Positions 29,510-39,600 are shown, counted from the stretch's first letter. The stretch: DNA of 64,000 nt from Nitrospirota bacterium (GCA_963703955.1 CAVPGK010000016.1:1-64000); one strand, 5' to 3'. A program made the numbers and translations. Notes: generated from the letters alone by a model not told the origin.

Positions 29510-29576
29510 ATCTTACAGAATTTCTTCTCAAGAGAGCGTTAAAACAGATGAGTCGCGCATCAAAACCGTATTAAAA
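29510..29576 (-). promoter_or_regulatory. P6: four-repeat putative KdpE box with -10 TAAGAT
   Basis: Minus strand TTTTAATA-3-TTTTGATG-13-TTTTAACG-3-TCTTGAGA-10-TAAGAT. Confidence 0.65.
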
Positions 29577-29628
29577 TAGTCGATCGCGCTTCCTGTCGAG
29601 TGAATTTGTTATTGTTGGAGGTACCTCC

Positions 29629-30030
29629 ATGCAGATCGAGCGGAAGCAGGAACACGAGCTTTTTGTCAAAGCGCTGCAGCATGAGCACATCGCTTGTCTC
29701 AGGCAGGGCTGCTCAGGTTCGATTGAGATTACCGATCTGTCACAACTCAATGACCGGACCAAAACCTTTCAGTTGAAATGTGAGCGGTGTGGATGGCAGG
29801 AGCGCGTTAGTGGCGTCTATTCGGTCACGCCCCCGTGGGATGAGGCCGCACTGCTGGTCATGGCTGACGAGCATTTGATGCATCAGCAGCCCGTCTGCCC
29901 GAATGATGGGACACCGGTCGTGTTCACCTCGCTCCCCAACCCACGACGAAGGGCCCGGTACCGGGTCTCCTGTTTCTATTGCGGCCGAAACGCCGACATG
30001 GATTGGCCTCCGCCGGAGGCTAGACGGTGA
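29629..30030 (+). CDS. Hypothetical protein with Cys pairs (possible double Zn ribbon)
   Basis: CLRQGC, CERC, CPND, CFYC; SD GGAGGT. Confidence 0.75.
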   Translation: MQIERKQEHELFVKALQHEHIACLRQGCSGSIEITDLSQLNDRTKTFQLKCERCGWQERVSGVYSVTPPWDEAALLVMADEHLMHQQPVCPNDGTPVVFTSLPNPRRRARYRVSCFYCGRNADMDWPPPEARR

Positions 30031-30102
30031 GGGGTGGCCTAGCGTTGGCAGTGGCTTGTCGAGGGCTGAGCAGGTTGTGGATAGTGGTCGGTGAGATGGG
30101 CT

Positions 30103-31647
30103 TCAGACGAAGTATCGGCTCGTATCGAACCGATATTCCGTGTTGTCGACCAGCCGGACAATAGACCGCAGGTACTGCCCGTCTGAGTTGGTCTCCGTTA
30201 GATCGATTTCAGGACCTTCCAGCGGATTGCCGTCCGCATCGCTAATGACTTTGACAAGGGGCCGTTGAACGGCTTGGCCGCCTGAATTGGGTCGCATGAC
30301 GACCGCCAGTTCATTGGTGTCAAGGAGGACCAAGCTGCCGATCGGAACAAGGCCTACGCAATTGACAAAGAGTTTGAGCAGCACCGGATCAAAGGACAAG
30401 CCGCTCTTCGCGAACATGATCTTGAGGACCTTTTCCGGAGACAAGGGTTCACGCCGGTAGACACGCGCGGATGTCATCGCGTCGTAGCAATCGGCGATGC
30501 TCAGGATTCGACCTGTGAGCGACTGTGTCCAAGGAACGGCGAGCTTTGGATAGCCCGAGAGATCATAATTCATATGGTGTTCAAAGGCCGCCGCGGCCAT
30601 CCGTCCCGGAAGGTTCGTAATCCCGCGCAGCCGGGTCATGCTGAGCACGCCCTCGGTGGGATGATTGCGCATAATCTCCCAATCTTCCTCCGTGAATTCC
30701 CCGGGTTTGTTGAGCACTTCAAGAGGGATCGACGCCTTTCCCATATCATGAAACAGGGCGGCCAGTCCGAGATCGGCCAAGGACATCTTGGGAAAGCCGG
30801 CGCGGTTTGCCAAAGCAATGGAGAGAAGGGACACATTGACGGAATGATTATGGGTGTATTGATCGTGGCACCGGAGCGTGGTGAGGCCCAATAGGATCGA
30901 TTCGTCGTACATCATGAGATCGACGATGTTCTGAATCGCGCGCTTGGCCTGCTTGAAGGTGGGCGACCGCCCTTCCTTGACGCTTTGGACGAGATCCTGG
31001 ACGGCGCCGGCGGCTTTCGCATAACTGGTCTTGGCGATGGCCTTGGCTTCCTTGTTGCGATCGGTTCGTTTGACCGAGACCGCCCGCGATTCTTCCAACT
31101 CGATCCCCTGAATGCTGCGCTGCTTCATCTCCTGGAGGAGATCGGCCAAGGACGCCGTTCTCGGATCCAGGGTGACGAGCAAGTAGGCGAACTCCCGGAG
31201 ATCCGTCGATTGCAAGGCCACGTCGAAGACGATGGCGCCGATTCGCCAGGCATTCAAACTATCCATGAATCCACTAAAGATTGCGATCTGCTGGGTGTTC
31301 ATTTTGAGGTGCATCTCGCCGAGAAACAGAAAGTCGTTTTGGAGGCGAAGCACGACCGGCTTGTCCTGGGCCAGGGTCCTCACAATCGTCAAGATCGCTT
31401 CGACGGGCTGATTCAAGGCCGCGTTGGTCCGGTCGTGGATGCGGGCTGTCTTCATCAAAGTGTAGAGGTGGGTCACACACTGAGAGCCCAGCCACAGAAT
31501 CTGCTGGTCTAAAATATCTCTGGCTTCGGACCCCTGTCCGATTTTTCCGGCTAGGGATTTCTCATGGGTGAGAAGCGGCGCTTCACCCACCTCGGCAGGT
31601 TGCTGTGGGGACGCGGCAAGCTTCAGTTCCTTGGTTGGAGGGGTCAT
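30103..31647 (-). CDS. HD-GYP domain phosphodiesterase
   Basis: YTHNHSVNV, FHDMGK, EHH...SGYP, ADCYDAMTS.R.Y. Confidence 0.92.
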   Translation of the reverse strand: MTPPTKELKLAASPQQPAEVGEAPLLTHEKSLAGKIGQGSEARDILDQQILWLGSQCVTHLYTLMKTARIHDRTNAALNQPVEAILTIVRTLAQDKPVVLRLQNDFLFLGEMHLKMNTQQIAIFSGFMDSLNAWRIGAIVFDVALQSTDLREFAYLLVTLDPRTASLADLLQEMKQRSIQGIELEESRAVSVKRTDRNKEAKAIAKTSYAKAAGAVQDLVQSVKEGRSPTFKQAKRAIQNIVDLMMYDESILLGLTTLRCHDQYTHNHSVNVSLLSIALANRAGFPKMSLADLGLAALFHDMGKASIPLEVLNKPGEFTEEDWEIMRNHPTEGVLSMTRLRGITNLPGRMAAAAFEHHMNYDLSGYPKLAVPWTQSLTGRILSIADCYDAMTSARVYRREPLSPEKVLKIMFAKSGLSFDPVLLKLFVNCVGLVPIGSLVLLDTNELAVVMRPNSGGQAVQRPLVKVISDADGNPLEGPEIDLTETNSDGQYLRSIVRLVDNTEYRFDTSRYFV

Positions 31648-33431
31648 GGGTTAGCGACATTCTGCGGTTTTGGGGTTGCCGCGAGCGCCTCTGTGCATGC
31701 CTTGCGAATGGCTCGATTGATCCGCTTCGCCCCGGTCTGCAAAGCGATGATGGCCGACGGTGTTGCTAATTTCCCCAGCGCTTCCGCCGCCAATAGCGCC
31801 CCTTCTTGCGCTTGTTTGCGATGACTCCAGCACCATTGGGTGACGAGTCGGTGGCAAAACGGAATCATTTCTTCGCCCGATGTGAGACGCATGGCTTGAA
31901 AGGCGGCCCGTTTCTCGGATATCGACCGATCCTCGAAAGACTTGGAGGTGACCACGGGAGACCAGAGCTGAAACCCTGCGGAGTATTGCCCGCTGGTGAG
32001 AATCTTCAAGGCATAGAGCCGGATTGATTCTTCCTGATCGTTCAGAAAGAGAATGAACTGATCACCCGCCCCGGTCGGAGCGAGAATGCGAAGGGTTCGC
32101 AAGACCTCTTTTCGGACTCGAGCATCCTGATGGGTGATGAGCGGCTCAAGATATTTGGCCTGCTGTGGACTATTCAGTTTGCCCATGATGTAGACAAGAT
32201 TTCTCACGTAGTACCACCGCGAGTCGTTCAACCCCTTCAGCAGCGAAGACGGATTCTGCTTGGCAAGGGTGGTCAGGGCTTCACAGACCATCATCCGATG
32301 CGGCTTATGCTTCAGATTGGCCATTAACAGGCACAGGGGTTGGATGGCGGTGGGCTTGAACATGAGAAGCAGGGCGTGAAGATCGTCGAGAGCCGTACTG
32401 TCCGGTGATGCGTTCAACGCGTTCTCCATCGCTCGAAGGCGCTCAGGACTTTCAATCCCTTCGAATAGTGTGGAGAGCTTGCGCCTATGCTCTTCGGAGA
32501 GATTAGGACAGAGGTCCTGTGATTCGTGAAGGAGGCTGACGATGGTATTCAACAATTTCCAATTGCCTTGCTTCGCTAGGGCGTCCAAGATTTCCGAAAA
32601 TATATCCAACAATTTCGACAGGATGACGCTGGATCGCTCGCTCGCCAGAACAGCCGTCAACATGTCGAGCACGTAGGTAATGTTGTCTCTCCCCGACTCC
32701 ACCTCGATCTCCTGAGCGAGCTTGCCTAACTCCTGAGCTGAAATTTCATACCCGGCAACGGCGGATCCGCCTTGACCTCCCGCCCCCGTACCCGTTCCTT
32801 CTTCATTGGGCTTGCGCGCTTCTGCCGATTTGACTTGGGGCAAGTTCGAAATGGGGGTATTGAACCTTTGAGAATCTTGCGGCGTCAGCACAGTGACAAA
32901 ATCCGACGACTTGATAATCTCCTCCGCAGTCATGAACGAGATTGTGGACAGGTTCTTATCCCACAGACGGGTCACGATGTCCTCATCCGAATTTTCTTGA
33001 TCGGACGTTGCCCAAAGGGCCTCTAAAAAAAATGCGAGGTCACCTTGGCTCAAGCCTTTATTAAAGGATAGTTCGCGAATGCCATCGGCGTGCAGTTTAA
33101 AAGCAAGGTTTTCGGTGGGGGAGGGAGCCTGGTAGACAACGTGTCCTTTGTAATAGAGTTCGGACCTCTGAACCAAGAACAGGAGGGTGTTGTGCGCCGT
33201 CAGATGGCTGGAGAGGTCATCATAGAATTGCTGGAAGAAACGTTGAGCGACCGGATTATTCGGTCCGTAGGTTCTCGCGGTCTTGAATGTCTTGTCCATC
33301 AAGGTCAATAACTGCTTGATTGCAGGCAGTTCCGGCACTTCCTGTTCGGCCGCTTTCAACGAGAGTCGCTGGCGCGCGGCTTCAGACCGGACTGTCTCGC
33401 ACGTTGGATTTTCGACGTCCGAATCAAGCAT
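31644..33431 (-). CDS. HEAT-repeat-containing protein, translationally coupled to the HD-GYP gene
   Basis: LNDSRWYYVRNLVYIMGKL, HQDARVRKEVLRTL, LNDQEESIRLYAL repeats; 4-bp overlap. Confidence 0.8.
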   Translation of the reverse strand: MLDSDVENPTCETVRSEAARQRLSLKAAEQEVPELPAIKQLLTLMDKTFKTARTYGPNNPVAQRFFQQFYDDLSSHLTAHNTLLFLVQRSELYYKGHVVYQAPSPTENLAFKLHADGIRELSFNKGLSQGDLAFFLEALWATSDQENSDEDIVTRLWDKNLSTISFMTAEEIIKSSDFVTVLTPQDSQRFNTPISNLPQVKSAEARKPNEEGTGTGAGGQGGSAVAGYEISAQELGKLAQEIEVESGRDNITYVLDMLTAVLASERSSVILSKLLDIFSEILDALAKQGNWKLLNTIVSLLHESQDLCPNLSEEHRRKLSTLFEGIESPERLRAMENALNASPDSTALDDLHALLLMFKPTAIQPLCLLMANLKHKPHRMMVCEALTTLAKQNPSSLLKGLNDSRWYYVRNLVYIMGKLNSPQQAKYLEPLITHQDARVRKEVLRTLRILAPTGAGDQFILFLNDQEESIRLYALKILTSGQYSAGFQLWSPVVTSKSFEDRSISEKRAAFQAMRLTSGEEMIPFCHRLVTQWCWSHRKQAQEGALLAAEALGKLATPSAIIALQTGAKRINRAIRKACTEALAATPKPQNVANP

Positions 33432-33598
33432 CTTTTTCGTGCTCTGATGGGGCGGGAGAAGTTCTGATTAGCGCCTAAGATGATCGCCTGTAACGATCTT
33501 TTCGATCATGAGAAGTGTCCCCGCTCGTCTGAGATTTGTCAAACGCCAGGGGCCACGGTACAATCACCCCTCTTCATTTGCCGGAGAGACCGAGCCGC

Positions 33599-34279
33599 AT
33601 GAGTCATAATGAAGATCTTCCCCTGGTCATTTGCTTCGGCGATAGCTTGACCGTCGGATATCAATCTCCGGCTCCTGACTTCCCGACTCTCCGGGAGACG
33701 CCATACGGCGCCTTCTTACAAGAGCGGATCGGTCCCTTGGCCCGAGTGGTCGTGAGCGGTGTCTGCGGCGAGGTCACGGGCGAGATGACGCTGCGCTTCC
33801 GCCGGGATGTGCTCGATCACAAGGCGGATTCCGTTGTGATTCTTGGTGGAACGAATGATCTTGGCTGGAATGCGGACCCGGCGGAAATCATGCGAAACCT
33901 GGTTCAAATGTATGAACAGGCGTTAGCCGGAGGAGTGCAGCCGGTTGCCGTGACGGTTCCGTCCATTCGACTGGACACCACCACGGACGACACACGGCAA
34001 TTTCTGCTCGACCACATTGCGCGACGCCAGAAGCTCAATACGCTCGTCAGCGCCTATTGCGCGAGGAAAGGTGTTGCCTGTGTCGATCTGTTTGCCGCCA
34101 CTGCGGAAGAGGAGACATTGTCCTTGGCGGATCGGTATTCCAACGATGGCCTGCATCTTACCACTGAGGGATACTCAACACTGGCCGGCTTGTTGTATGA
34201 GCGGGTCTTTGCCTCTCGGTTTGGCTCGCATCAGTCCACGTGGGGATCGGGTCAGGCTCAGTTTCCGGAATCAGTATGA
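33599..34279 (+). CDS. SGNH/GDSL hydrolase
   Basis: FGDSLTVG, GGTNDLG, DGLHL. Confidence 0.92.
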   Translation: MSHNEDLPLVICFGDSLTVGYQSPAPDFPTLRETPYGAFLQERIGPLARVVVSGVCGEVTGEMTLRFRRDVLDHKADSVVILGGTNDLGWNADPAEIMRNLVQMYEQALAGGVQPVAVTVPSIRLDTTTDDTRQFLLDHIARRQKLNTLVSAYCARKGVACVDLFAATAEEETLSLADRYSNDGLHLTTEGYSTLAGLLYERVFASRFGSHQSTWGSGQAQFPESV

Positions 34280-34602
34280 TTCACGAGGTCACGGATCAAG
34301 AGTTTGATCGAGTCGTTGAAGAGGCGAGGACGCCGGTTCTCGTCGAATTCTGGCAACCAGGATGCGGCGGCTGTCAGGTGTTGATGAAAGAACTTGAGAA
34401 GATGGGCAAGGAAACAGGATCGCGGCTGCTGATTCTGAAAATGAATGTGCAGGAGAATTATCAGATTCCGGCGGAACTGGAGATTTCCTCATTGCCAGCC
34501 CTGGCCCTCTATCGGGACGGACGTTTCGAGCGGTTTATCGGCGGGCTTGCTCGGAAGGCCGACATCCTGAAGCAACTGAATCTAGCGTCGGACGACGGCT
34601 GA
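34276..34602 (+). CDS. Thioredoxin-family protein
   Basis: PVLVEFWQPGCGGC, ISSLPAL; ATGA overlap with the hydrolase. Confidence 0.88.
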   Translation: MIHEVTDQEFDRVVEEARTPVLVEFWQPGCGGCQVLMKELEKMGKETGSRLLILKMNVQENYQIPAELEISSLPALALYRDGRFERFIGGLARKADILKQLNLASDDG

Positions 34603-34617
34603 CTTGCTTCTGCTATG

Positions 34618-36186
34618 CTAGACCAACCCGGTCGGGTTCCTTTCGAGGGTCCGCCACTTACGGCCATCGCTTTGAATAAGACGGTCGGCTTCCACCGGTC
34701 CCCAGGTGCCTGCCGGATATTCCGGTAGGCATTTCGTCTCTTCTGATTTCCATCCGTCGAGAATCATCGTAATCCATGCCCATGAGGCTTCGACTGCGTC
34801 CCGACGCATAAACAGCGACGCATCGCCGATCATCACGTCCAGGAGAAGCCGTTCATAGGCCTCCGGCGATGGAGCGCCGAATGCGTCGGTGTACTTGAAA
34901 TCCATTTCAACAGGATGTGTCTGCGCCTTGGAGCCGGGAACTTTTGAGATGACTCGGAGCGAAAAGCTTTCCTCGGGTTGGATTCGCAAGGTCAAGACAT
35001 TCGGCGCCTGAGGAACTTTGGAGTTGGCGTTGAACAGAATTTGAGGAATATCTTTGAATTGGACCGCCACCTCGCTGGCCCGCACAGGTAACGCTTTCCC
35101 GGTCCGTAGATAGAAGGGAATGCCCGCCCACCGCCAATTCTCGACGTACAACTTCAGGGCGACGTATGTTTCAACGGTGGACCCCGGCTGGACGCCTTGT
35201 TCCCGACAGTAGCCCGGCACGTCGACGCCTCCGATTTTTCCGCGGCTGTATTGAGCTCGGACCGTTAACCGTTCGACATCGCGATCCTGAATAGGGCGAA
35301 GGCAACGCAGCACATCAATCCGTGCATTGCGCACCACGTCGGGGTCCAATGAATAGGGCGGTTCCATGGCAATCAGGCACATCAGTTGAAGCAAATGGTT
35401 CTGAACCATGTCGCGAAGAGCTCCGGACTCCTCATAATAACTCGCGCGGCTTCCGACACCCTCGACCTCACTGACGGTGATCTGGACGTGATCAATGTAC
35501 TTGTGGTTCCAGATCGGTTCGAAGATGCTGTTGGCAAAACGGAGAACGAGAATATTCTGAACCGTTTCTTTGCCGAGATAATGATCAATGCGAAAAATTT
35601 GCGACTCGTCGAAGACCTTTCCCACCACGGCATTGATCTGGCGGGCGGATTCCAAATCCCGTCCGATCGGCTTTTCCACAATGATTCGACAGAACGGACG
35701 AGAGTGGCCGGGCGGATAGGCCATTCCGGCGTGTTCCAGCCCTTCGCAGACCGCAGTAAACGAAGTGGGAGGAATTGCGAGGTAGAAAATCCGGTTGCCC
35801 GGAAGCGAGAGGTCCCCCTCGATCTTCTGCAGGCGCGCTTTGATCGCCTCATAGTCCCGGGGATCATCGATGGCCGCAGGTTGGTAGAAAATCCGCCGCT
35901 CAAAGTCGGCCCAGGCGTTTTCGTCCAAGGATTGGCGCGAGTGTGCCGCTATTCCCTTACGGAGCATGGTTCTGAAGTCTTGATCGCTCTGACGGGTGCG
36001 CCCGCATCCGAGAACGGCGAAATTCGGAGGCAGCATTCGGTCGAGTAATAGATTGTAAAGGGCGGGGAGTAATTTACGACGGGCCAGATCGCCGGACCCG
36101 CCGAAGATAACCACCGTGCAGGGTTCAGGAGGTTGCCCTTTTCCCGCCGAGAGGTCGCTGTCGTAGCCTTGCCCTGACTCCCGCAT
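34618..36186 (-). CDS. zwf: Glucose-6-phosphate 1-dehydrogenase
   Basis: GGSGDLARRK, EKPIG, RIDHYLGKE, RDMVQNHL, RTGK, AYERLL. Confidence 0.99.
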   Translation of the reverse strand: MRESGQGYDSDLSAGKGQPPEPCTVVIFGGSGDLARRKLLPALYNLLLDRMLPPNFAVLGCGRTRQSDQDFRTMLRKGIAAHSRQSLDENAWADFERRIFYQPAAIDDPRDYEAIKARLQKIEGDLSLPGNRIFYLAIPPTSFTAVCEGLEHAGMAYPPGHSRPFCRIIVEKPIGRDLESARQINAVVGKVFDESQIFRIDHYLGKETVQNILVLRFANSIFEPIWNHKYIDHVQITVSEVEGVGSRASYYEESGALRDMVQNHLLQLMCLIAMEPPYSLDPDVVRNARIDVLRCLRPIQDRDVERLTVRAQYSRGKIGGVDVPGYCREQGVQPGSTVETYVALKLYVENWRWAGIPFYLRTGKALPVRASEVAVQFKDIPQILFNANSKVPQAPNVLTLRIQPEESFSLRVISKVPGSKAQTHPVEMDFKYTDAFGAPSPEAYERLLLDVMIGDASLFMRRDAVEASWAWITMILDGWKSEETKCLPEYPAGTWGPVEADRLIQSDGRKWRTLERNPTGLV

Positions 36187-36479
36187 CGTCCACCTCCTTC
36201 CCGTCAGAATAGGACGCTATCCCCCTGACCGCGTGACCGCTAATCGCGTTGCGCAGGCCCACAAACTCTTCTCGGCCAACGAATCCGCTTGCCGGGAGCG
36301 AGAGCGCCGTCCGGGTCAGATCGATTCTAACACAGCGGATCGTGTGCGCTCCGCGGAGTTTAAAGCTTCTTGACAGACTTTCCAACCTCGTCTTCACGGG
36401 GGCGCACACGAGTTATTCCTGTACGTAGGTTGCTGACTGTCTCAAAAGCCATATTGAGTGAGCCCCGCATTAAGGCACA

Positions 36480-36850
36480 CGACAATCTGGAGAACCATCA
36501 AGAAAACATGGCCTGATCGTCGAGCGGAGGCTCCTTCCTAAGTGGTGGACTACACCATGATCCGTGACCACGTGAATCTGGCGGCAAGGGCTGAAGGTCT
36601 CACGAGGGCGTTTCACTGTCCCATTGTGGTGACGGAATTCACGGCGGCCTGGCTGAGGGGAGTTGATTACGGTCGAAGAGCGGGGCGACAATCAAGGCCG
36701 CTCAGGGCACGCTTGCGTTACGCCGGTTAGGCGTGACCAAGGTGAAAGGCAAGGAACACCCCGTCATCGTGTACGGGTTGGAATCGTTGGAACGACACGA
36801 GGGCATCGAGGATCGAGGAGGTGCCATCCGTGAATTGCTGGAACTGAAAG
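36480..36850 (+). pseudogene. Degraded C-terminal fragment of a class III adenylate/guanylate cyclase
   Basis: DYTMIRDHVNLAARAEGLTR (canonical DYTVIGDxVNLAARLE) and, after a frameshift, KVKGKEHPVIVY. Confidence 0.75.
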
Positions 36851-36862
36851 ACAGTAACGAGG

Positions 36863-39496
36863 CTATTCCTTCGCCAAACGCATAGCCAGCGCACGTTCTT
36901 CCGCTTCGGTTGTGACATCCCCGTTCAGTCGCGCCTCCAACAATCGGTCGAGGATCTTTCGATAAATAGGACCGGGCTTAATCCCTAAGCGTTGAAGACT
37001 GGCTCCCGTCAGCTTGGGTGTGACGCTGCGGTAGGTCGTAACATACGCCGAGAGGTGGCGACGGATCGAATCGGATTTGGTTTTGGCCATCAGATACAGC
37101 AGGGCTTCGTCCGGAATTCCGGACAGCATGCGATAGATATCGGCCGGACGCGGGTTCCGACAGCGCCCAAGGCGATGCAGCAGATCGGCTAGGCCAAATC
37201 GGGCGTCCCGAATCTTCTTGGCATACCGTTCGGGAACCATAAGCCTGGTTAGTGCTTCTTTGACCGCATGGATCGGAATTTGGTCCATCAGCGCCATAAA
37301 GTAGACCAGCCATCCATCCATAGTCCGGTTCAGATACAGCAAGTGATACCAACCCAACGCCTCATCGATCGACTTCAGAATCGGAACCAGTTGTGCCCGC
37401 TTAAGATCCGGATGGATGAAACGGAGCAGATCCAGCTCCCGGAGGCGCAGGATCGCCTTGCGTGGCTCTTCCTCGGACAACAATAGAATCAATTCTTCCA
37501 AAAGCCGTGAGCCCGATAAACGGTGAAACAGCTCCATCTGCACGGCGCCCTTGATCAACGCCAGCGTTTCCGTGGCCAACCTAAAGCCGAATCGCTGCTC
37601 GAAACGAATGGCACGGAAGACGCGCGTGGGATCTTCTACAAAGCTGAGGCTGTGCAAGACCCTGATGGTCTTCTCATTCAGGTCGCGCTGGGCTCCGTAA
37701 AAATCGAGCAGGTCACCGAACCGTCCGGCGTTCAGGCGAACTGCGAGCGTATTGATGGTGAAATCCCGCCGAAACAGATCCTTCTTGATGGAGCTCTGCT
37801 CGACGATCGGTAGCGCAGTCGGATATTCGTAATACTCCGTCCTTGCCGTCGCGACATCGAGCTTGAATCCGTCCGGCAGAATGACAACGGCCGTACCGAA
37901 CCGCTCATGGATTTTCGCGACGGCCTTCCATTCCTGTGCCAACCTCCGAGCATAGGCAATCCCGTCGCCTTCGACCACGAGATCGACATCGAAATTCTGC
38001 CGTCCAAGCAGCAGGTCACGGACGAACCCTCCCACGACAAAGACGGAGATCTTACTCGGTTGCGCAAGCGTTCCGGCATGCTTCAGCAGATCAACGAGGT
38101 GGGCAGGCAGGCGCGCCTTCATCAGGCCACGGACGTTCCGAGCACGTGTGACGGGGGTTGGCTCCACCCCTTTAACCCTGGCCCGCGCGGCGGCGAGCAC
38201 GTCATCGTGGAGTACCCGCAGGAGATCGGTGCGGGTGATCACCCCGATCGGTTTGCCTTCCGCTAGAATGGGGACGACACGCTGATTGCGGTCCAACATG
38301 TGACTTTCAATGTCGCGGAACGGCGTCTCAGGGCCAGCCGTATACGCATCTGACTGCATGAACTCGACAACGGATGAGCTGCCCAATCGGTGGTAGAGTC
38401 CCTTCTGCACCGTCTCCCTGGTGAGCACGCCGAGGTACCGCTTACCGGTCACGACCGGCAACGCATTCACGCCGTACTTGGTGAGGGCCACTTCCGCCTC
38501 GGCCACGGTCGCCGTCTCCTCAATCACCTTGACCGGTGACGTCATCACATCGCGCGCAAGAAGAGTCGGCAGGAACCGTTGGGTGAGCAGCTCAACCAAG
38601 TGTTCCTTCAGTTCAATCAGCGTCCGTCCCTTCACCGTGGCGGCGGCCGCCACGGCATGCCCGCCGCCGCCGAACTCGCGCAGCAGCCGCCCGACGTCGA
38701 TCTCGGCCCGTCGGCTTCGGGCGATGATCTCGACCTTGTCATGCATCGAAAAGGCGGCGACCACCGCATCGTAGCCTTCCATCTCGGCCAGTTTGTGGAC
38801 CGCTTCCGCGAGATCGCCGTGATAACGGTCATACGTGCTCGTAGCGAGCAAGACTTTCCGACCCTCCAGGAAATAGGTCTCGCTGGAATGCAGCAGGTCA
38901 TTGAGAAGCGTGATCATTGCCGGGTCCAGATGCCGACGTAGGGTGTCGATCACCACGTTCAGATCGGCTCCCGCGCGGAGCACCGACGCCCCGGCTTCAA
39001 GGTCTCGTGGTGTCGTGGAGGCATAAGCAAAAGAGCCGGTTTCTTCATAAAGTCCCAAAGCCAGCACAGTGGCTTCGAAGGGGGTAATAGAAAGCCGGCG
39101 GGCGTTCAGTTGCTCGATGAGGATGGTTGTGGTCGACCCCACCGACTCGATGACGCGGTGACCCGATCGAAATGTGGAAATCCTCTCTCCATCGGGCTCG
39201 GAAGATGGATGATGGTCGTAGACATGGACCGTCACGGCGGGATTTACACAGACGGTCCTCAACGAGCCGAGGCGATCAGGCTCTTGGGTATCCATCAGGA
39301 TCAGCCGGGTGATTTGGGAAGAGTCGATCTTCTTCAGCGACGTGATCCCGAGGTCATGAATCGCGAGGAAACTTCGCACAACTTCTTGAGCGCTGCCGGG
39401 AAACACCAGCAGTGCCCCCGGGTACAATTTTCGTCCTGCGACCATCGAGGCCAGACCGTCAAAGTCCGCGTTGAGGTGGGTGGTAATGACATCCAT
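36863..39496 (-). CDS. tRNA nucleotidyltransferase with DHH-DHHA1-CBS N-terminus (A-adding type by architecture)
   Basis: HLNADFDG, DHH, GGGGH, two CBS, VVGGFVRD...DVD, RRDFTIN, EDPTR. Confidence 0.93.
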   Translation of the reverse strand: MDVITTHLNADFDGLASMVAGRKLYPGALLVFPGSAQEVVRSFLAIHDLGITSLKKIDSSQITRLILMDTQEPDRLGSLRTVCVNPAVTVHVYDHHPSSEPDGERISTFRSGHRVIESVGSTTTILIEQLNARRLSITPFEATVLALGLYEETGSFAYASTTPRDLEAGASVLRAGADLNVVIDTLRRHLDPAMITLLNDLLHSSETYFLEGRKVLLATSTYDRYHGDLAEAVHKLAEMEGYDAVVAAFSMHDKVEIIARSRRAEIDVGRLLREFGGGGHAVAAAATVKGRTLIELKEHLVELLTQRFLPTLLARDVMTSPVKVIEETATVAEAEVALTKYGVNALPVVTGKRYLGVLTRETVQKGLYHRLGSSSVVEFMQSDAYTAGPETPFRDIESHMLDRNQRVVPILAEGKPIGVITRTDLLRVLHDDVLAAARARVKGVEPTPVTRARNVRGLMKARLPAHLVDLLKHAGTLAQPSKISVFVVGGFVRDLLLGRQNFDVDLVVEGDGIAYARRLAQEWKAVAKIHERFGTAVVILPDGFKLDVATARTEYYEYPTALPIVEQSSIKKDLFRRDFTINTLAVRLNAGRFGDLLDFYGAQRDLNEKTIRVLHSLSFVEDPTRVFRAIRFEQRFGFRLATETLALIKGAVQMELFHRLSGSRLLEELILLLSEEEPRKAILRLRELDLLRFIHPDLKRAQLVPILKSIDEALGWYHLLYLNRTMDGWLVYFMALMDQIPIHAVKEALTRLMVPERYAKKIRDARFGLADLLHRLGRCRNPRPADIYRMLSGIPDEALLYLMAKTKSDSIRRHLSAYVTTYRSVTPKLTGASLQRLGIKPGPIYRKILDRLLEARLNGDVTTEAEERALAMRLAKE

Positions 39497-39600
39497 AGTG
39501 CCCGTGCCCCGCGCCCTGAAGCCAGGTTCAATCCGCGTTCAAGTCGAAGCTTGGAGGGGCAGGTACATTCTATCAAGATCGTGCGTCTGAACGAAAAGGG

